Source: Flavobacterium sp.
GTDB lineage: Bacteria; Bacteroidota; Bacteroidia; Flavobacteriales; Flavobacteriaceae
Direction of reading: 5' to 3'
DNA length: 51,670 bases
Assembly: GCA_030150335.1 (NCBI GenBank)
Contig: JASLGC010000328.1
Location: 1-51,670 of the forward strand
Shown here: one piece after another, positions 9,536 through 19,595 of the stretch
Layout of the letters: the number at the start of each line of letters is the position of its first letter
Numbering within the stretch: the stretch's first letter is position 1
The notes under the pieces: generated by a model
Told to the model about the DNA's origin: nothing
The model's database searches: none
Seen by the model: only the letters and a program-made list of their open reading frames with translations
Made by a program: the position numbers and the translations under genes

Positions 9536-9697
9536 TTATTCAATTTCTTTAATATGTTTCAAGTATTCTTGATAAACAACCCACAGATCATGTCTTATAT
9601 AATCTATTGTGTCTTCTAGTTCAGCTTCTAATATTTCTTGAATATCGTCTGAGTGTACACCTTTATTTTTAAGGTATATTTCTAAGTAGTTATCCAT
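9536..9697 (-). CDS. small acidic hypothetical protein (start taken at MDNYLE)
   Basis: ATG 2 nt after the upstream stop. Confidence 0.55.
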   Translation of the reverse strand: MDNYLEIYLKNKGVHSDDIQEILEAELEDTIDYIRHDLWVVYQEYLKHIKEIE

Positions 9698-9699
9698 GA

Positions 9700-10005
9700 T
9701 TATACTGTTGTTGCTTTTTTGATTAGTTGTTCTATTTCTCGACCCAACATTGTTGTAGCTGTTGATGGAGATTGACATCTGTATAACATATCCATAGCTT
9801 CTTTCAACATCTCCAACATCTCAGGAGCGCATGAAATAAGCTTCATATTGGCAGACATTTCAGCTTCTAAAACTTCTTGATTAGCCTCAGTTGCTTCTTC
9901 GTAAATTGAGTTTGTAGCGATTGTTTTGTCACCACACATAATTGAGGAGTCAGACCAATTGTGCTCTATTAACTCCCATATTCCTTTTGTTCCTTTAAAT
10001 TCCAT
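9700..10005 (-). CDS. hypothetical phage protein (start taken at MEFKGTKG)
   Basis: FKGTKG.W...ANMKLISCAPEMLEML pattern; follows the promoter at 10045. Confidence 0.7.
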   Translation of the reverse strand: MEFKGTKGIWELIEHNWSDSSIMCGDKTIATNSIYEEATEANQEVLEAEMSANMKLISCAPEMLEMLKEAMDMLYRCQSPSTATTMLGREIEQLIKKATTV

Positions 10006-10044
10006 AACCTTATTTTTAACAGTAGCACCATTACTACCTTGATA

Positions 10045-10076
10045 CAAATGTAAATAATATAAATAAAATAAACAAA
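10045..10076 (-). promoter_or_regulatory. Bacteroidota-type sigma70 promoter
   Basis: Minus-strand TTTG-N20-TACATTTG. Confidence 0.7.
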
Positions 10077-10077
10077 T

Positions 10078-10105
10078 AAAAAAGCGGAATATTTCTAAAC
10101 CGCTT
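10078..10105 (-). terminator. intrinsic terminator after dut
   Basis: AAGCGG/CCGCTT stem with a flanking A-tract. Confidence 0.55.
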
Positions 10106-10112
10106 CCATTTA

Positions 10113-10610
10113 TTATTTACCAGTACTACCATAACTACCATTGCCCCTGTCAGTTTCGGAAAGTTCTTCCACTTCCTCAAACTCTATTTGTGGATAAGGA
10201 AGAATAATTATTTGACCTATTCGGTCGCCAGTGTCGTAGTTATTACCCATGTATCGGTAAGTTTTTGATCTTGAATTTTTATTAAAAATCTTTTTAATTA
10301 AAGTCCATATCGTGAAATTATTAATAGTGCTTTTAAACTTAAACATAACTTCACCACGATAACCACTATCCAAAACACCAACACTATTACTTAGTATTAA
10401 ATCTTTTTTAGCGTTACTAGAACGAGGAAATAATAACCCTACATATCCATTTGGTATTTCAAAAGCTCTGTTCGTACCATAGCAAACGTTGCCGTCATCG
10501 TCAAACCATTTTGAGGTAGCGGTTAAATCTATTCCAGCATCTCCTTTTTTAGAATAATTTAACATTGGTGTTTCAATTGTCTTGTCGATAATTTTTGTTT
10601 TAACTTTCAT
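10113..10610 (-). CDS. dut: trimeric dUTPase
   Basis: AGIDL, FPRSS, GVLDSGYRGE, RIGQII and RGNGSYGSTG motifs. Confidence 0.95.
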   Translation of the reverse strand: MKVKTKIIDKTIETPMLNYSKKGDAGIDLTATSKWFDDDGNVCYGTNRAFEIPNGYVGLLFPRSSNAKKDLILSNSVGVLDSGYRGEVMFKFKSTINNFTIWTLIKKIFNKNSRSKTYRYMGNNYDTGDRIGQIIILPYPQIEFEEVEELSETDRGNGSYGSTGK

Positions 10611-10615
10611 TGTTT

Positions 10616-10702
10616 TTATTTTATTAACATTAACACTAGTTTCACTTTTAATCTATACCACAAACTAGAAAAGTATCTTCTTCTACTGTATTTTAGTTTC
10701 AT
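10616..10702 (-). CDS. possible small basic peptide (28 aa, MKLKYSRRRYF...)
   Basis: Manually translated gap-filling ORF. Confidence 0.35.
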   Translation of the reverse strand: MKLKYSRRRYFSSLWYRLKVKLVLMLIK

Positions 10703-10919
10703 ATTTCAACATATTATAGTTATTTAATACATATTCTCTAGCTATTTTAACACCATCATTACTTATGTCTTTAGTACAAACAAGAGCTGTTTTTAATTCA
10801 GACAAGTTGTTGACATCTATCTTTGTAAGTAATATTTGTGAAACCTCTGTGTACATTTGATATTTAAGTAATTTTATTAAGCATAGGTGTAATTCTCTAA
10901 TTGATTCTAGTTTTTTCAT
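10683..10919 (-). CDS. hypothetical protein
   Basis: ORF track; start taken at MKKLES. Confidence 0.55.
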   Translation of the reverse strand: MKKLESIRELHLCLIKLLKYQMYTEVSQILLTKIDVNNLSELKTALVCTKDISNDGVKIAREYVLNNYNMLKYETKIQ

Positions 10920-11172
10920 AAACTTCAATATTAATACTCTCTTTTAAATTACAATTATATTTTCTACTACTGATAGCTTCAAAATACGGAGACCTTTCTG
11001 TAAACCACTCTTTACCTTTAGTTCTACTCTTAAACCATTTTTTAGCATAAGATTGTTCTTCTTTAGTCTCATAAGGTAAAGATAAATACTCTAAATATAT
11101 ACTGTGGTCTATTAACAACTTCTCTTGCTTAATACCTAAGTCGGGGTATTCTACAACGTATATTTTATCCAT
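10897..11172 (-). CDS. hypothetical protein
   Basis: ORF track; operon packing. Confidence 0.6.
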   Translation of the reverse strand: MDKIYVVEYPDLGIKQEKLLIDHSIYLEYLSLPYETKEEQSYAKKWFKSRTKGKEWFTERSPYFEAISSRKYNCNLKESINIEVYEKTRIN

Positions 11173-11223
11173 CTCTTTATCTTTTTTTAAGGAGTGACAT
11201 GTAAGTCTTTAAATTTAGTTTTT

Positions 11224-11700
11224 TCATATCTCTACATTTAATATTTCAACATTTGCTTCTTTAAACATTATTCTAGCGTACTCCGAACTTTCTGTAAACC
11301 TTTCGCTCGCTTCTTGAGAATATACAACCATTCTAATACCAGCTTGTATAATGCTCCTGGCACACTCATGGCAAGGAAATAGTGTGGTGTACATGACTGA
11401 ATCACGCATCGGTACTCCATCACGGGCGCAGTTATCTATAGCATTCCTTTCGGCGTGTTGTGTGAATATGTATTTCAATGGTCTTTCATATCGCTCTACT
11501 AAGCTATCATCAACACCGCGAGGGAATCCATTATACGCCTTATCTAAGATACGTCTATCTTTTCCTACAATTACGCATCCTACTTTTGTATTTACGTCCT
11601 TTGACCATTCAGCAACTGAAAAGGCTTCTTCCATAAATCTATTATGCCACTTGTTAATTTTAATCAAGTTTAGGTATGTTTGTTTCGGATGATATAACAT
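11224..11700 (-). CDS. dCMP deaminase (true start probably near 11667)
   Basis: SKD...KVGCVIV, YNGFPRG, HAERNAI and PCHEC zinc-deaminase motifs. Confidence 0.93.
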   Translation of the reverse strand: MLYHPKQTYLNLIKINKWHNRFMEEAFSVAEWSKDVNTKVGCVIVGKDRRILDKAYNGFPRGVDDSLVERYERPLKYIFTQHAERNAIDNCARDGVPMRDSVMYTTLFPCHECARSIIQAGIRMVVYSQEASERFTESSEYARIMFKEANVEILNVEI

Positions 11701-11896
11701 TTATAGCGGTAAATACGTTATCTAATTTATTTTCTTCATGAGAAGTATAAAAACTATCACTCGCATTCTTCAACGTTTCCTTAGCGACTTCGATAGCGTA
11801 TTCTTTCATGGCTTCAACAATTTGTAAGTGAGCAATATCTCCTATACCGTGTAATGGCGTATACCACTTTTGTAATATCTCTTCTGCTGTTCTCAT
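11660..11896 (-). CDS. hypothetical protein; N-terminus similar to the 51389 gene
   Basis: MRTAEEILQKWYTPL...QIVEAMKEY versus MKTPDEILKKHYNPL...QITSAMIEF. Confidence 0.7.
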   Translation of the reverse strand: MRTAEEILQKWYTPLHGIGDIAHLQIVEAMKEYAIEVAKETLKNASDSFYTSHEENKLDNVFTAINVISSETNIPKLD

Positions 11897-11900
11897 ATCT

Positions 11901-12248
11901 CTAAAATTTTATTGATTCTTTATCACCTCTATCATTTAAAATTTGATCAATTATAAATGCTATTAGGTATGTATAACTTTCCTCACTTCCTAAACTATAC
12001 TCCAACCCTTTTGAATTTGCAACATCGAACACCATGTGTAAAACTTCATGCGCAATAGTAGGAATATTTTTTAAGTCACGAAGCCAGATTATGTTGTACT
12101 CTTGATTTTTAATAAAAGCACCGTTTGTGTCGCTATTAAAGAAGTCTTCACCTAAAAATTTGTTTACCTTTTTTTCGTCCTTTTCAATTATTAGGTTGTA
12201 TCTATAATTCCAAATAGGTATATGTAAGTTGTACGCTTTAATTGTCAT
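11901..12248 (-). CDS. HExxH-motif protein (possible metallopeptidase fold)
   Basis: TIAHEVLH followed by EESYTY. Confidence 0.6.
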   Translation of the reverse strand: MTIKAYNLHIPIWNYRYNLIIEKDEKKVNKFLGEDFFNSDTNGAFIKNQEYNIIWLRDLKNIPTIAHEVLHMVFDVANSKGLEYSLGSEESYTYLIAFIIDQILNDRGDKESIKF

Positions 12249-12577
12249 ACCTCTGATTCCAATTTAGTCATTATTTTATCTATATTATCGGGATGTAATC
12301 TTCCGAAAAACTCCAGTACCCTATTTAATTCACTTGGCGCATCAAATTCTATAAGGTCATTATCCTTTGGCTTAAAGTGCTTATCAAACTCTCTTTGTAT
12401 ATACTCAACACTTTGTCTTGCTCGCGTCATGTGATTGTTTAAAACTGGAGTCCAAAACTTTACCGATTTAAAATGGCACTTATCTAATTGCTCCGCTCCG
12501 TTAAGAAATAGCTTAAAGTTGTTGATATTGTAGTACAACTCTCTAGCTTGATCTTCTGTAAGGTTTATTTTTTTCAT
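12245..12577 (-). CDS. hypothetical protein
   Basis: ORF track; ATGA overlap. Confidence 0.65.
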   Translation of the reverse strand: MKKINLTEDQARELYYNINNFKLFLNGAEQLDKCHFKSVKFWTPVLNNHMTRARQSVEYIQREFDKHFKPKDNDLIEFDAPSELNRVLEFFGRLHPDNIDKIMTKLESEV

Positions 12578-12773
12578 ATTTATAATTTTTGTCTATATAA
12601 TTAGGTAATACTAAATCTTTAACAAAACCCCTGTCTTCGCGGTAATTAAAGTTTATAGTAGGAACATCTTTATGAGACCAACCCTCCGTAATAAAATCTA
12701 AATTAAATTCAGTATCGTATTTTTTTAATAACAATTTAAAATCATTAATAAAATCTTCATGTATTTTTTTCAT
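12543..12773 (-). CDS. hypothetical protein
   Basis: ORF track; ATGA overlap. Confidence 0.6.
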   Translation of the reverse strand: MKKIHEDFINDFKLLLKKYDTEFNLDFITEGWSHKDVPTINFNYREDRGFVKDLVLPNYIDKNYKYEKNKPYRRSS

Positions 12774-13096
12774 GAAGCAATACCTCCATGTTTAGTAATC
12801 AACTCATCTACAACTTCAATTGGAACATAACCGAATACAGTATAAATACTGCCTTTATCCTCTGCATACTTATCAATCAACTCATCATATTCATTAGGGA
12901 AACCTAATTCAACAGAATAATAACATCCATCTTCTAAGTTGATTCTTGGGGTACAATAATGGTATTCAGAAGCTTGAACGCTTATAGAATAACCATCTTT
13001 ACATATTAATAAAGGTTTTCTTTCAACCATTTCAAAATTAGCAACCTCTTTAACAGAGTAGTGCTTTTTTAAATACTCTTGTGTAATACTTTTCAT
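12770..13096 (-). CDS. hypothetical phage protein (start taken at MKSITQ)
   Basis: CKDGYSISVQASEYHYCTPR...VFGYVP pattern. Confidence 0.7.
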   Translation of the reverse strand: MKSITQEYLKKHYSVKEVANFEMVERKPLLICKDGYSISVQASEYHYCTPRINLEDGCYYSVELGFPNEYDELIDKYAEDKGSIYTVFGYVPIEVVDELITKHGGIAS

Positions 13097-13109
13097 AACC
13101 TTTTCCTTT

Positions 13110-13418
13110 TTAAATAACCTCCGTAACAAAAACATCACCAACATCTACCTTAAAACTTTTTCCCGAATCTATTAGGTTATAGCATTGCTCTTTCAAATAC
13201 TGCCTATGCATGTAGTTGTCGATTTCTTTTAGCTCTTCCTCCTCCAAGATTTCTAAATTACCATTTAACAAAGCGTTATATAGCGTATTATCGTGCCTTA
13301 TTTGTCTTTCAAATTCTATATGGTGATAAACACCACCCGCTTGTAGTTTTAATACTTTTCCGGCTATTTCTACTATTTCTAATTCATAGCCTAAACCGTT
13401 TTTAGTTGTCCTTGTCAT
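13110..13418 (-). CDS. hypothetical protein
   Basis: ORF track. Confidence 0.6.
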   Translation of the reverse strand: MTRTTKNGLGYELEIVEIAGKVLKLQAGGVYHHIEFERQIRHDNTLYNALLNGNLEILEEEELKEIDNYMHRQYLKEQCYNLIDSGKSFKVDVGDVFVTEVI

Positions 13419-13929
13419 AATTATTTATTAATCTGTCTAAATAAAATTTTGCTTTTTTAAGATCTTCCAACCCGTTTTTATCTTTATACCTTGTCACGTA
13501 TTTAACAACATTCCCCTCGTTAAAATCTAGCTTATTAGCTTCGATATAGTCAATAGGCTGAATACCTTTATTAGTGTAATGAAGCGGTGAGATTGGGTCT
13601 TGAAGTGTAGGTGCTTATGGATAAAACTCTTTGAATTGGTCGATTGAGATTGTATGATGACTATTCCCAAATCTATCATTATTGTTCTTAGCCCAAGATT
13701 CTGATTCAAGAAAAATATAAACATTTGGTAAGTTTTTTAAATAAAAATCACCTAAAATATTCCATTCTGCATTAAATTTGTAATGCTTAAAAACATAGTT
13801 TACATCCTCTTGTGTTTTACAATGAACTGCTATTTTATCTGTTATAATTCCACTTTTGTCTTCAAAATCTCCAGTAGATTTATATACATAATCACCGTTA
13901 TAATACAACTTCCCTTTTTCTATTTTCAT
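13402..13929 (-). pseudogene. DUF3310-domain gene interrupted by one in-frame TAA (13615-13617), or a readthrough gene
   Basis: After ...FKEFYP-TAA the same frame continues APTLQDPISPLHYTNKGIQPIDYIEANKLDFNEGNVVKYVTRYKDKNGLEDLKKAKFYLDRLI to a stop at 13402. Confidence 0.75.
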
Positions 13930-14090
13930 AATCCTCCCACGTGACTACACGCTTTGTTTGATTTTTTAATACGTTTATTACTCCATTCCGAATTTACATT
14001 CGAGCAATACGGAGTTCTATACTGTGATATTTCCCCGTTTTTCTTTTCCTCACGCTTGTAAGTAATAAACTTACAGTTTTGACATTTCAT
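13926..14090 (-). CDS. small Cys-rich protein (54 aa, MKCQNCKF...YC...AC)
   Basis: Manually translated; ATGA overlap with the 13929 start. Confidence 0.55.
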   Translation of the reverse strand: MKCQNCKFITYKREEKKNGEISQYRTPYCSNVNSEWSNKRIKKSNKACSHVGGL

Positions 14091-14099
14091 TGTATACAC

Positions 14100-14375
14100 C
14101 TAACTAAATAAAACTTGTAAAACTCTTAACTGACCTAATTTGAAAGAATAATCTTCTAAAAATTCGTTTTCAAGTGATTTTCTAAGCTGAGCTAAATACT
14201 GCATCTTAATATCAAAAAATAAATCTATATTCTTTCTCTTGCCTAAAATATACAAAGCTCCATTGTACACCTTAATCTTTCCGTAACCTATCGAAAAATA
14301 TAACTCGTGGTCACCATCATAAAACGCGACTATATTATTCGGTCTAAGTCTTTTTAGTATTCTGTTTTTTTTCAT
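14100..14375 (-). CDS. hypothetical protein, probably leaderless
   Basis: ATG 4 nt downstream of TACATTTG. Confidence 0.65.
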   Translation of the reverse strand: MKKNRILKRLRPNNIVAFYDGDHELYFSIGYGKIKVYNGALYILGKRKNIDLFFDIKMQYLAQLRKSLENEFLEDYSFKLGQLRVLQVLFS

Positions 14376-14379
14376 ACCT

Positions 14380-14411
14380 CAAATGTAAATAATATAAATT
14401 TAATAAACAAA
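14380..14411 (-). promoter_or_regulatory. Bacteroidota-type sigma70 promoter
   Basis: Minus-strand TTTG-N20-TACATTTG; nearly identical to 10045-10076. Confidence 0.7.
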
Positions 14412-16913
14412 CTAAAAAGGACAATCTTCATTTTTTGTGAACCTTCTACCTCTACCCCCTTGCGATCTTTCATTGCTACTAAACACTATTTCCATACGAT
14501 CACAATATTCCTTTAATGCAATATTCATTAATATACTTGTAGCACGGTATTTATGTTGTATATCGTTTTCGTTTGCGAAATCATTATATTGTTCCTTGAA
14601 TTTATTATTTGATACAAAACCTTGCTCAACCCACATATCAATATTCATGTGTATAAAATCATAAGTTCCTGTTGTATATGTAGATTTAAATTTCTTTTCC
14701 CAACCTGTTTTAGAAAGTTGCATCGTTTCAATCTTGCCTCCTTTAGACAAATTATAACGAATACAATCTAAAACTATACGATCGAAGTCTGCCCAATCTT
14801 CTTTGGTAAACTCACTAGGAAACATTTTACCATGCACAGCATCAACACCGCCTTTTAACGTGTAGAAAGGTGTAAATTCAATAGGTTTTATTCTACGTTT
14901 TAAACCTCCATCTGCATCATCATAAGAATAGTTTGTATTCAATAAAAACTTTGGCATATCTTCCGGATTTACTTGTACCTCATTTTTGTAAAGCTTTTTC
15001 AATAATCCGTAACCGCTTGAAAACTCTTTTAAGAAAGCCCAATCAATTTTTTTAGGAATATCAGCTAAGAAATAAATGCGCTCACCATTCCACGACTGTA
15101 ACAAACTATTATCAAATTTAACAGAAGATCCAGGAACAGTACAAACTGTAATCATGTTACGAAGCATATTACCGAATATATTTTTACCTGATCCGCCCCC
15201 GTCTTTAGAGTCTAAAACCGTTTCAGTCATTACAACAATATATCCTGTCGCTTCACTCTTGTAATCATGGCACAAATAACCGATAATATTTTTTACATCG
15301 TCCGAAAATCCAGTAGAGTTTTTTAAGAATGTTTCGTATAAACCAGATGACTTCACTGAGTCTTTTGGATAATCTCTATGCAATATTTTATCCGCCCAAA
15401 TTAAACCTTCAATATCATCATACTGAACTACACGAATAGCACTAGGCGTAATTCTAACCGCTACATCGTTATAAAATTTGTAGCACTCCGATTGACTATC
15501 GCTAATAATTCCGTCCGTTTCAAGCGATGCTATACGGCTAATGCTAAAACTACCAGACGATTGTATAAACGACTCGTAACCGTTGCAAATGTCAATATAT
15601 AATTCAGCTTCCTCCTCCTTAATATAGTCTTTCATTAGATCATAAAAGTCATTAGGCGAAAACTTGTAAATAAACCTTCCTGCAAGTTGTACAATATCTC
15701 CCAAGTGATTACGAAAGCCCATTGACTCCGCTACGGTATAAAATTCCTCACGAGATATTACATACTTACCTTTGTCGTTAAGTTGCCAAAACACACCAAA
15801 AGGATGGTTTGACTTGTAAATCTCCTGCTCCTTAGCGAATTGTTCTTTTGCTTCTTGTGAAAAGTTTTCGGGAAGTGACGCTTTGCCAGATATAACAGCA
15901 TTTTTAATTGTAGCCTGCTCGAATCTTTTGGTATGCTCACCGAATCCGTTTTGTACTAACCATTTAAAACACGCTTTTTTATCACCGTTGAATTGAAATT
16001 CTGCTAAAAGCGAAGATGGATTATAACCGCGGTCATTATCAATACCTACAGAAGAAGTGAACATAAAGAACACACCTTTGCTTTTGTTATATGATGCAGA
16101 GACTCCAGACTCCTCCCCTTGGTATCGTGGTCTATCGTACCAAATAAAAGTATTGTTTTCTCTAAACCACTTCCAACCTAAAGAAGTCATTAACTGATTT
16201 GGATCACAACGCTCGTTATAATCTTCGAAAGGGTTTTTTGAATACGCGTCATTTTCAACTTTACGAGGTGATGGTGTAGGCTCTACTTTAATAGTTTGAT
16301 CATAAGTTTTGCACAAAGAAATAAGTGAGCATCTTTCTTCCCAAGTAATTAAAGGTATTTCTACGTCTTGAATAACAGCGTAACCCATAGACGGAGGTAG
16401 TAAGGCATAACCCCCTTGACCTCGTGTCTCTAAGAAACAACGTGTTTTCCTTGGTCTTTTACCGTCTTTTTCGTCTTGTGCTATTTCTTCATCGGTAGAG
16501 TTACGGCTTGCAAGGTTTTTGTTTCCATCAGGTTGCTGTGTTGTTCTATACAATATATGATAACCACCACTTGGAGTTTTATGAATTCTTAAACGCTCCC
16601 ACAATAAAGGGTAAAACTTTTCAATGTCTGCAAATAAGACAGCATCAAAGCCATGATTGTACTTGCTGTCAATATCGATAATTTCTAGGTTTCCTGATAC
16701 AGATCCCGTAATTACAGCAACAGCATTTGTGTTATAGTATTCCATTTGCTGAAACAAAATACCTTTATCGATAATTTCTGATTGGTATTGCTTCCATCCG
16801 TTGTATGGTGTCTTAGCGGGGCGCGTACCTTCTTTTTTGTCTCTTACAGGTATTACGGACAATCCTGCTTCAAGCCATTTTTCAATAGCATTCCAAGTTT
16901 GTTGTATTTTCAT
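14412..16913 (-). CDS. bifunctional primase-polymerase (Prim-Pol) fused to an SF3-like helicase
   Basis: N-terminal IIDID, KTPSGGYH and ETRGQGGYALLPPS; C-terminal Walker A GGSGKN, NTNY and GLKRRI. Confidence 0.9.
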   Translation of the reverse strand: MKIQQTWNAIEKWLEAGLSVIPVRDKKEGTRPAKTPYNGWKQYQSEIIDKGILFQQMEYYNTNAVAVITGSVSGNLEIIDIDSKYNHGFDAVLFADIEKFYPLLWERLRIHKTPSGGYHILYRTTQQPDGNKNLASRNSTDEEIAQDEKDGKRPRKTRCFLETRGQGGYALLPPSMGYAVIQDVEIPLITWEERCSLISLCKTYDQTIKVEPTPSPRKVENDAYSKNPFEDYNERCDPNQLMTSLGWKWFRENNTFIWYDRPRYQGEESGVSASYNKSKGVFFMFTSSVGIDNDRGYNPSSLLAEFQFNGDKKACFKWLVQNGFGEHTKRFEQATIKNAVISGKASLPENFSQEAKEQFAKEQEIYKSNHPFGVFWQLNDKGKYVISREEFYTVAESMGFRNHLGDIVQLAGRFIYKFSPNDFYDLMKDYIKEEEAELYIDICNGYESFIQSSGSFSISRIASLETDGIISDSQSECYKFYNDVAVRITPSAIRVVQYDDIEGLIWADKILHRDYPKDSVKSSGLYETFLKNSTGFSDDVKNIIGYLCHDYKSEATGYIVVMTETVLDSKDGGGSGKNIFGNMLRNMITVCTVPGSSVKFDNSLLQSWNGERIYFLADIPKKIDWAFLKEFSSGYGLLKKLYKNEVQVNPEDMPKFLLNTNYSYDDADGGLKRRIKPIEFTPFYTLKGGVDAVHGKMFPSEFTKEDWADFDRIVLDCIRYNLSKGGKIETMQLSKTGWEKKFKSTYTTGTYDFIHMNIDMWVEQGFVSNNKFKEQYNDFANENDIQHKYRATSILMNIALKEYCDRMEIVFSSNERSQGGRGRRFTKNEDCPF

Positions 16914-16930
16914 AATTGTATTATTGTTTT

Positions 16931-18385
16931 TTAACGTAGCGTAAAATCAGTAAACCCTTTGTCTAAGTTAGCTTGTCTTGCAACCCAACTTTTTTTGTAG
17001 GTCATAAAGTTAGCAAAACTTTCTAAATAATCAACACCTTGACTTCGTGCTACTCTAGCACAAAATGCTTGCTTGCTTTTTATTTTAGCGTAAATTGAAA
17101 GTTCCTCAGGTGTAAGTTGACTTAATAACTTTCCTACAAGTTGCATGTATGGCGATGTTACATCTTGCGCTTCCTCTATTTGCTTTAGCTCAATTTTTAC
17201 AGGTCTTTCATATCCGCAAAACTGGCATTTTGGTTGTGATGCACTGTGTATAGACTCGCATTCTTGACATAAGACAACGGGAGCAATTCCATCATCAGAA
17301 ACTTTTTTAACTTCTTTCCAAAGCACTTCCCAAGGTCTATCATCCCACCAAAGTCCATGTTGCACCCAATTTTCACCGTAATCTAAGCAAATGAAGCTGT
17401 CTTTAACCCCCGGCATAATCCGCCCCCCTCTTCCAATCATTTGAAGATACAAGGCTAATGATGAAGTTTTACGAAGAAGTACAACCATATCGATCGGCGG
17501 ATAATCCCAACCTTTTGTTAAGGCGCTTACCGAAACACAAACGTTGACTTCGTCTAAAACTGTAAACCTGCTTAATTGATAATCGCCGTCTTTTAACTTA
17601 GAGTGATATTCAACGCATGGGATGCCTCTTGCTTGCAGTTCGCTTGAGACGTTTTGAGCCTGTTTAATCGACGCTACATATATAACGCACTTCTTATACG
17701 GATAACGTTGCAAGTCTGATATAAGAGCATTAAAAACACTTTCAGTACCGAATACTTCTATCTGTGACTGCTCCGTAAATTCACCGTTACGTTTTTTAAG
17801 AACCCCAAGCATTGCACCATCACGCTTTACATGTCTGTAAGTAGATAAAAAACCTTGTTGTATAAGGTCATCAACCTGGCAACATACAACGCAATCTTTG
17901 TAAAGTTCTGGCAAATGCTTTGCTATACTAGCATCAGGTGTTGCTGTAAATCCTATAACGGGTATATTATCATTTAACTGTGTAAGTATCTTTGTGGGAG
18001 TTCCAATGTGCGCTTCGTCAACAATCACTATCGGGGGAGTCTCCAGTGAGTTAAGTTGGTCGATAATCAAAGGTCGTTTAGCTAATGTTTGCGCCATACA
18101 TACGTATAACTCACCGTCTTTTATATTAACAAATTTTACACCGTCCGCAATAATATGTCCGCCTGCTTCGTCTCTTAGTTGCTCGTAAATTTTATACGTC
18201 TCCGATATAATAAAAACAGTTCTATTTTTACGGGTAGCATTCCAAGCAATAGTAATCATTGTTAAAGATTTTCCCGAACCTGTCGGGGCGCATCCTATTA
18301 CTTTAGTGTTTTTTTGTACTGATCTTGCAAGTTGTAGTGAAAAGTCTGATTGGTATTTACGTAATTGTTTTGTTGGTTGGATCAT
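16931..18385 (-). CDS. SF2 DEAH-box helicase with C-terminal Zn ribbon
   Basis: LRKYQ, APTGSGKS, DEAH, TATP, QMIGRGGR and CxxC...CxxC. Confidence 0.95.
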   Translation of the reverse strand: MIQPTKQLRKYQSDFSLQLARSVQKNTKVIGCAPTGSGKSLTMITIAWNATRKNRTVFIISETYKIYEQLRDEAGGHIIADGVKFVNIKDGELYVCMAQTLAKRPLIIDQLNSLETPPIVIVDEAHIGTPTKILTQLNDNIPVIGFTATPDASIAKHLPELYKDCVVCCQVDDLIQQGFLSTYRHVKRDGAMLGVLKKRNGEFTEQSQIEVFGTESVFNALISDLQRYPYKKCVIYVASIKQAQNVSSELQARGIPCVEYHSKLKDGDYQLSRFTVLDEVNVCVSVSALTKGWDYPPIDMVVLLRKTSSLALYLQMIGRGGRIMPGVKDSFICLDYGENWVQHGLWWDDRPWEVLWKEVKKVSDDGIAPVVLCQECESIHSASQPKCQFCGYERPVKIELKQIEEAQDVTSPYMQLVGKLLSQLTPEELSIYAKIKSKQAFCARVARSQGVDYLESFANFMTYKKSWVARQANLDKGFTDFTLR

Positions 18386-19593
18386 GTTAACTCCTCGCTT
18401 AATCTTCTTTTTTCCTTAATTGATTTATATTTTTCGTATGCTTCTGACTTTGGCTGTGTTTGACCTAACCCTTTGCAATAATAATCATTTCTCAAAATAC
18501 ACCTAGCCATACGCTTCCACGAAGGAGCCCAACATTTAACCTCTAAAGAGTGTGGAGCTTCGTCTGGCATGACCTTATAACCTCGTTTTCTCCAGCCTAC
18601 AATGAATTTTAAAAAACATCTTTTGTAATGCTCTTGTGTTTTTGTAGGCAATGATTTTAACAGGTAGTTAGTGTATGACTCCCATGTAAAGCCTTCGGGT
18701 TTTGTAACGTCATTACTTCCGTTTATATTACCCCTTTCATTTATATACAGGCTCCCACTATTTACACCACTAACCCTATTCAAAAGCTTATACCATGTCT
18801 CAGGCTCTAATATGTGATACAACCAAAGTCCTTTCTTTTGATCGTCTCCAAATGGTTGACATAACCTTTGGTTGCTTAATTTAACACCTGCTCTAGTCAT
18901 CATGTCATAAGTTTTATTATAACATAGATGTTTGTTTTTAGAATGGAATACCCAAATATCCTCAGTCCTCCAATCGTAAATAGGGTATACATTAAATAAG
19001 TTGTTAGCTATCTTGGTAGTCCATTTTAAACCATCATGCATTAAGCCAGTTTTATCTGACACAATAGCACGGTAACGATGCAAACTTTCGTCAGAACGAA
19101 TACCAATGAATCCAGCTGTCAACACTCCTTTAGAATACCACTTCCCAAATAACACCATGAATTCTTCAAACTCCATTTTAGGAATATAAAAATCGTACTG
19201 TGAATTTTCAGAAGCATATTTCGGTTTGTCTCTAACCCAAAGGTTTTTATTTCCTTCATCCCAACAAGTCCATTTAGGTTCAAAGTCAGAAACTGCATTC
19301 CTTAACAAAAGTTCACCACAAAACCAATGTAGATCAATATTTTCTTTGTACTTTTCTACAATCTCTTCTATGTGAGTAATTGTATTTTTGTACTGAGCTT
19401 CCAAGTCAATAATAAGTAACCCTACTTTCCTATTTCTTTTTATAGCTTCCTCTAAAACCAAATGTGTCATTACGGTACTATCTTTACCACCGCTATAACT
19501 TATATAAACTTTTTCGAAGTCATCAAAAACTTTTGTAATTCGTTTTTGCGTAGCTTCTAAAACAGAAATGTCTAAATATTTTTTCAATGACAT
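18382..19593 (-). CDS. PAPS-reductase-like protein (IbrA/YbdN, DUF3440-type)
   Basis: PP-loop SYSGGKDS, GIRSDESLHR, YPIYDWRTEDIW, QRLCQPFG and PSWKRMARCILRNDYYC. Confidence 0.88.
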   Translation of the reverse strand: MSLKKYLDISVLEATQKRITKVFDDFEKVYISYSGGKDSTVMTHLVLEEAIKRNRKVGLLIIDLEAQYKNTITHIEEIVEKYKENIDLHWFCGELLLRNAVSDFEPKWTCWDEGNKNLWVRDKPKYASENSQYDFYIPKMEFEEFMVLFGKWYSKGVLTAGFIGIRSDESLHRYRAIVSDKTGLMHDGLKWTTKIANNLFNVYPIYDWRTEDIWVFHSKNKHLCYNKTYDMMTRAGVKLSNQRLCQPFGDDQKKGLWLYHILEPETWYKLLNRVSGVNSGSLYINERGNINGSNDVTKPEGFTWESYTNYLLKSLPTKTQEHYKRCFLKFIVGWRKRGYKVMPDEAPHSLEVKCWAPSWKRMARCILRNDYYCKGLGQTQPKSEAYEKYKSIKEKRRLSEELT

Positions 19594-19595
19594 AA

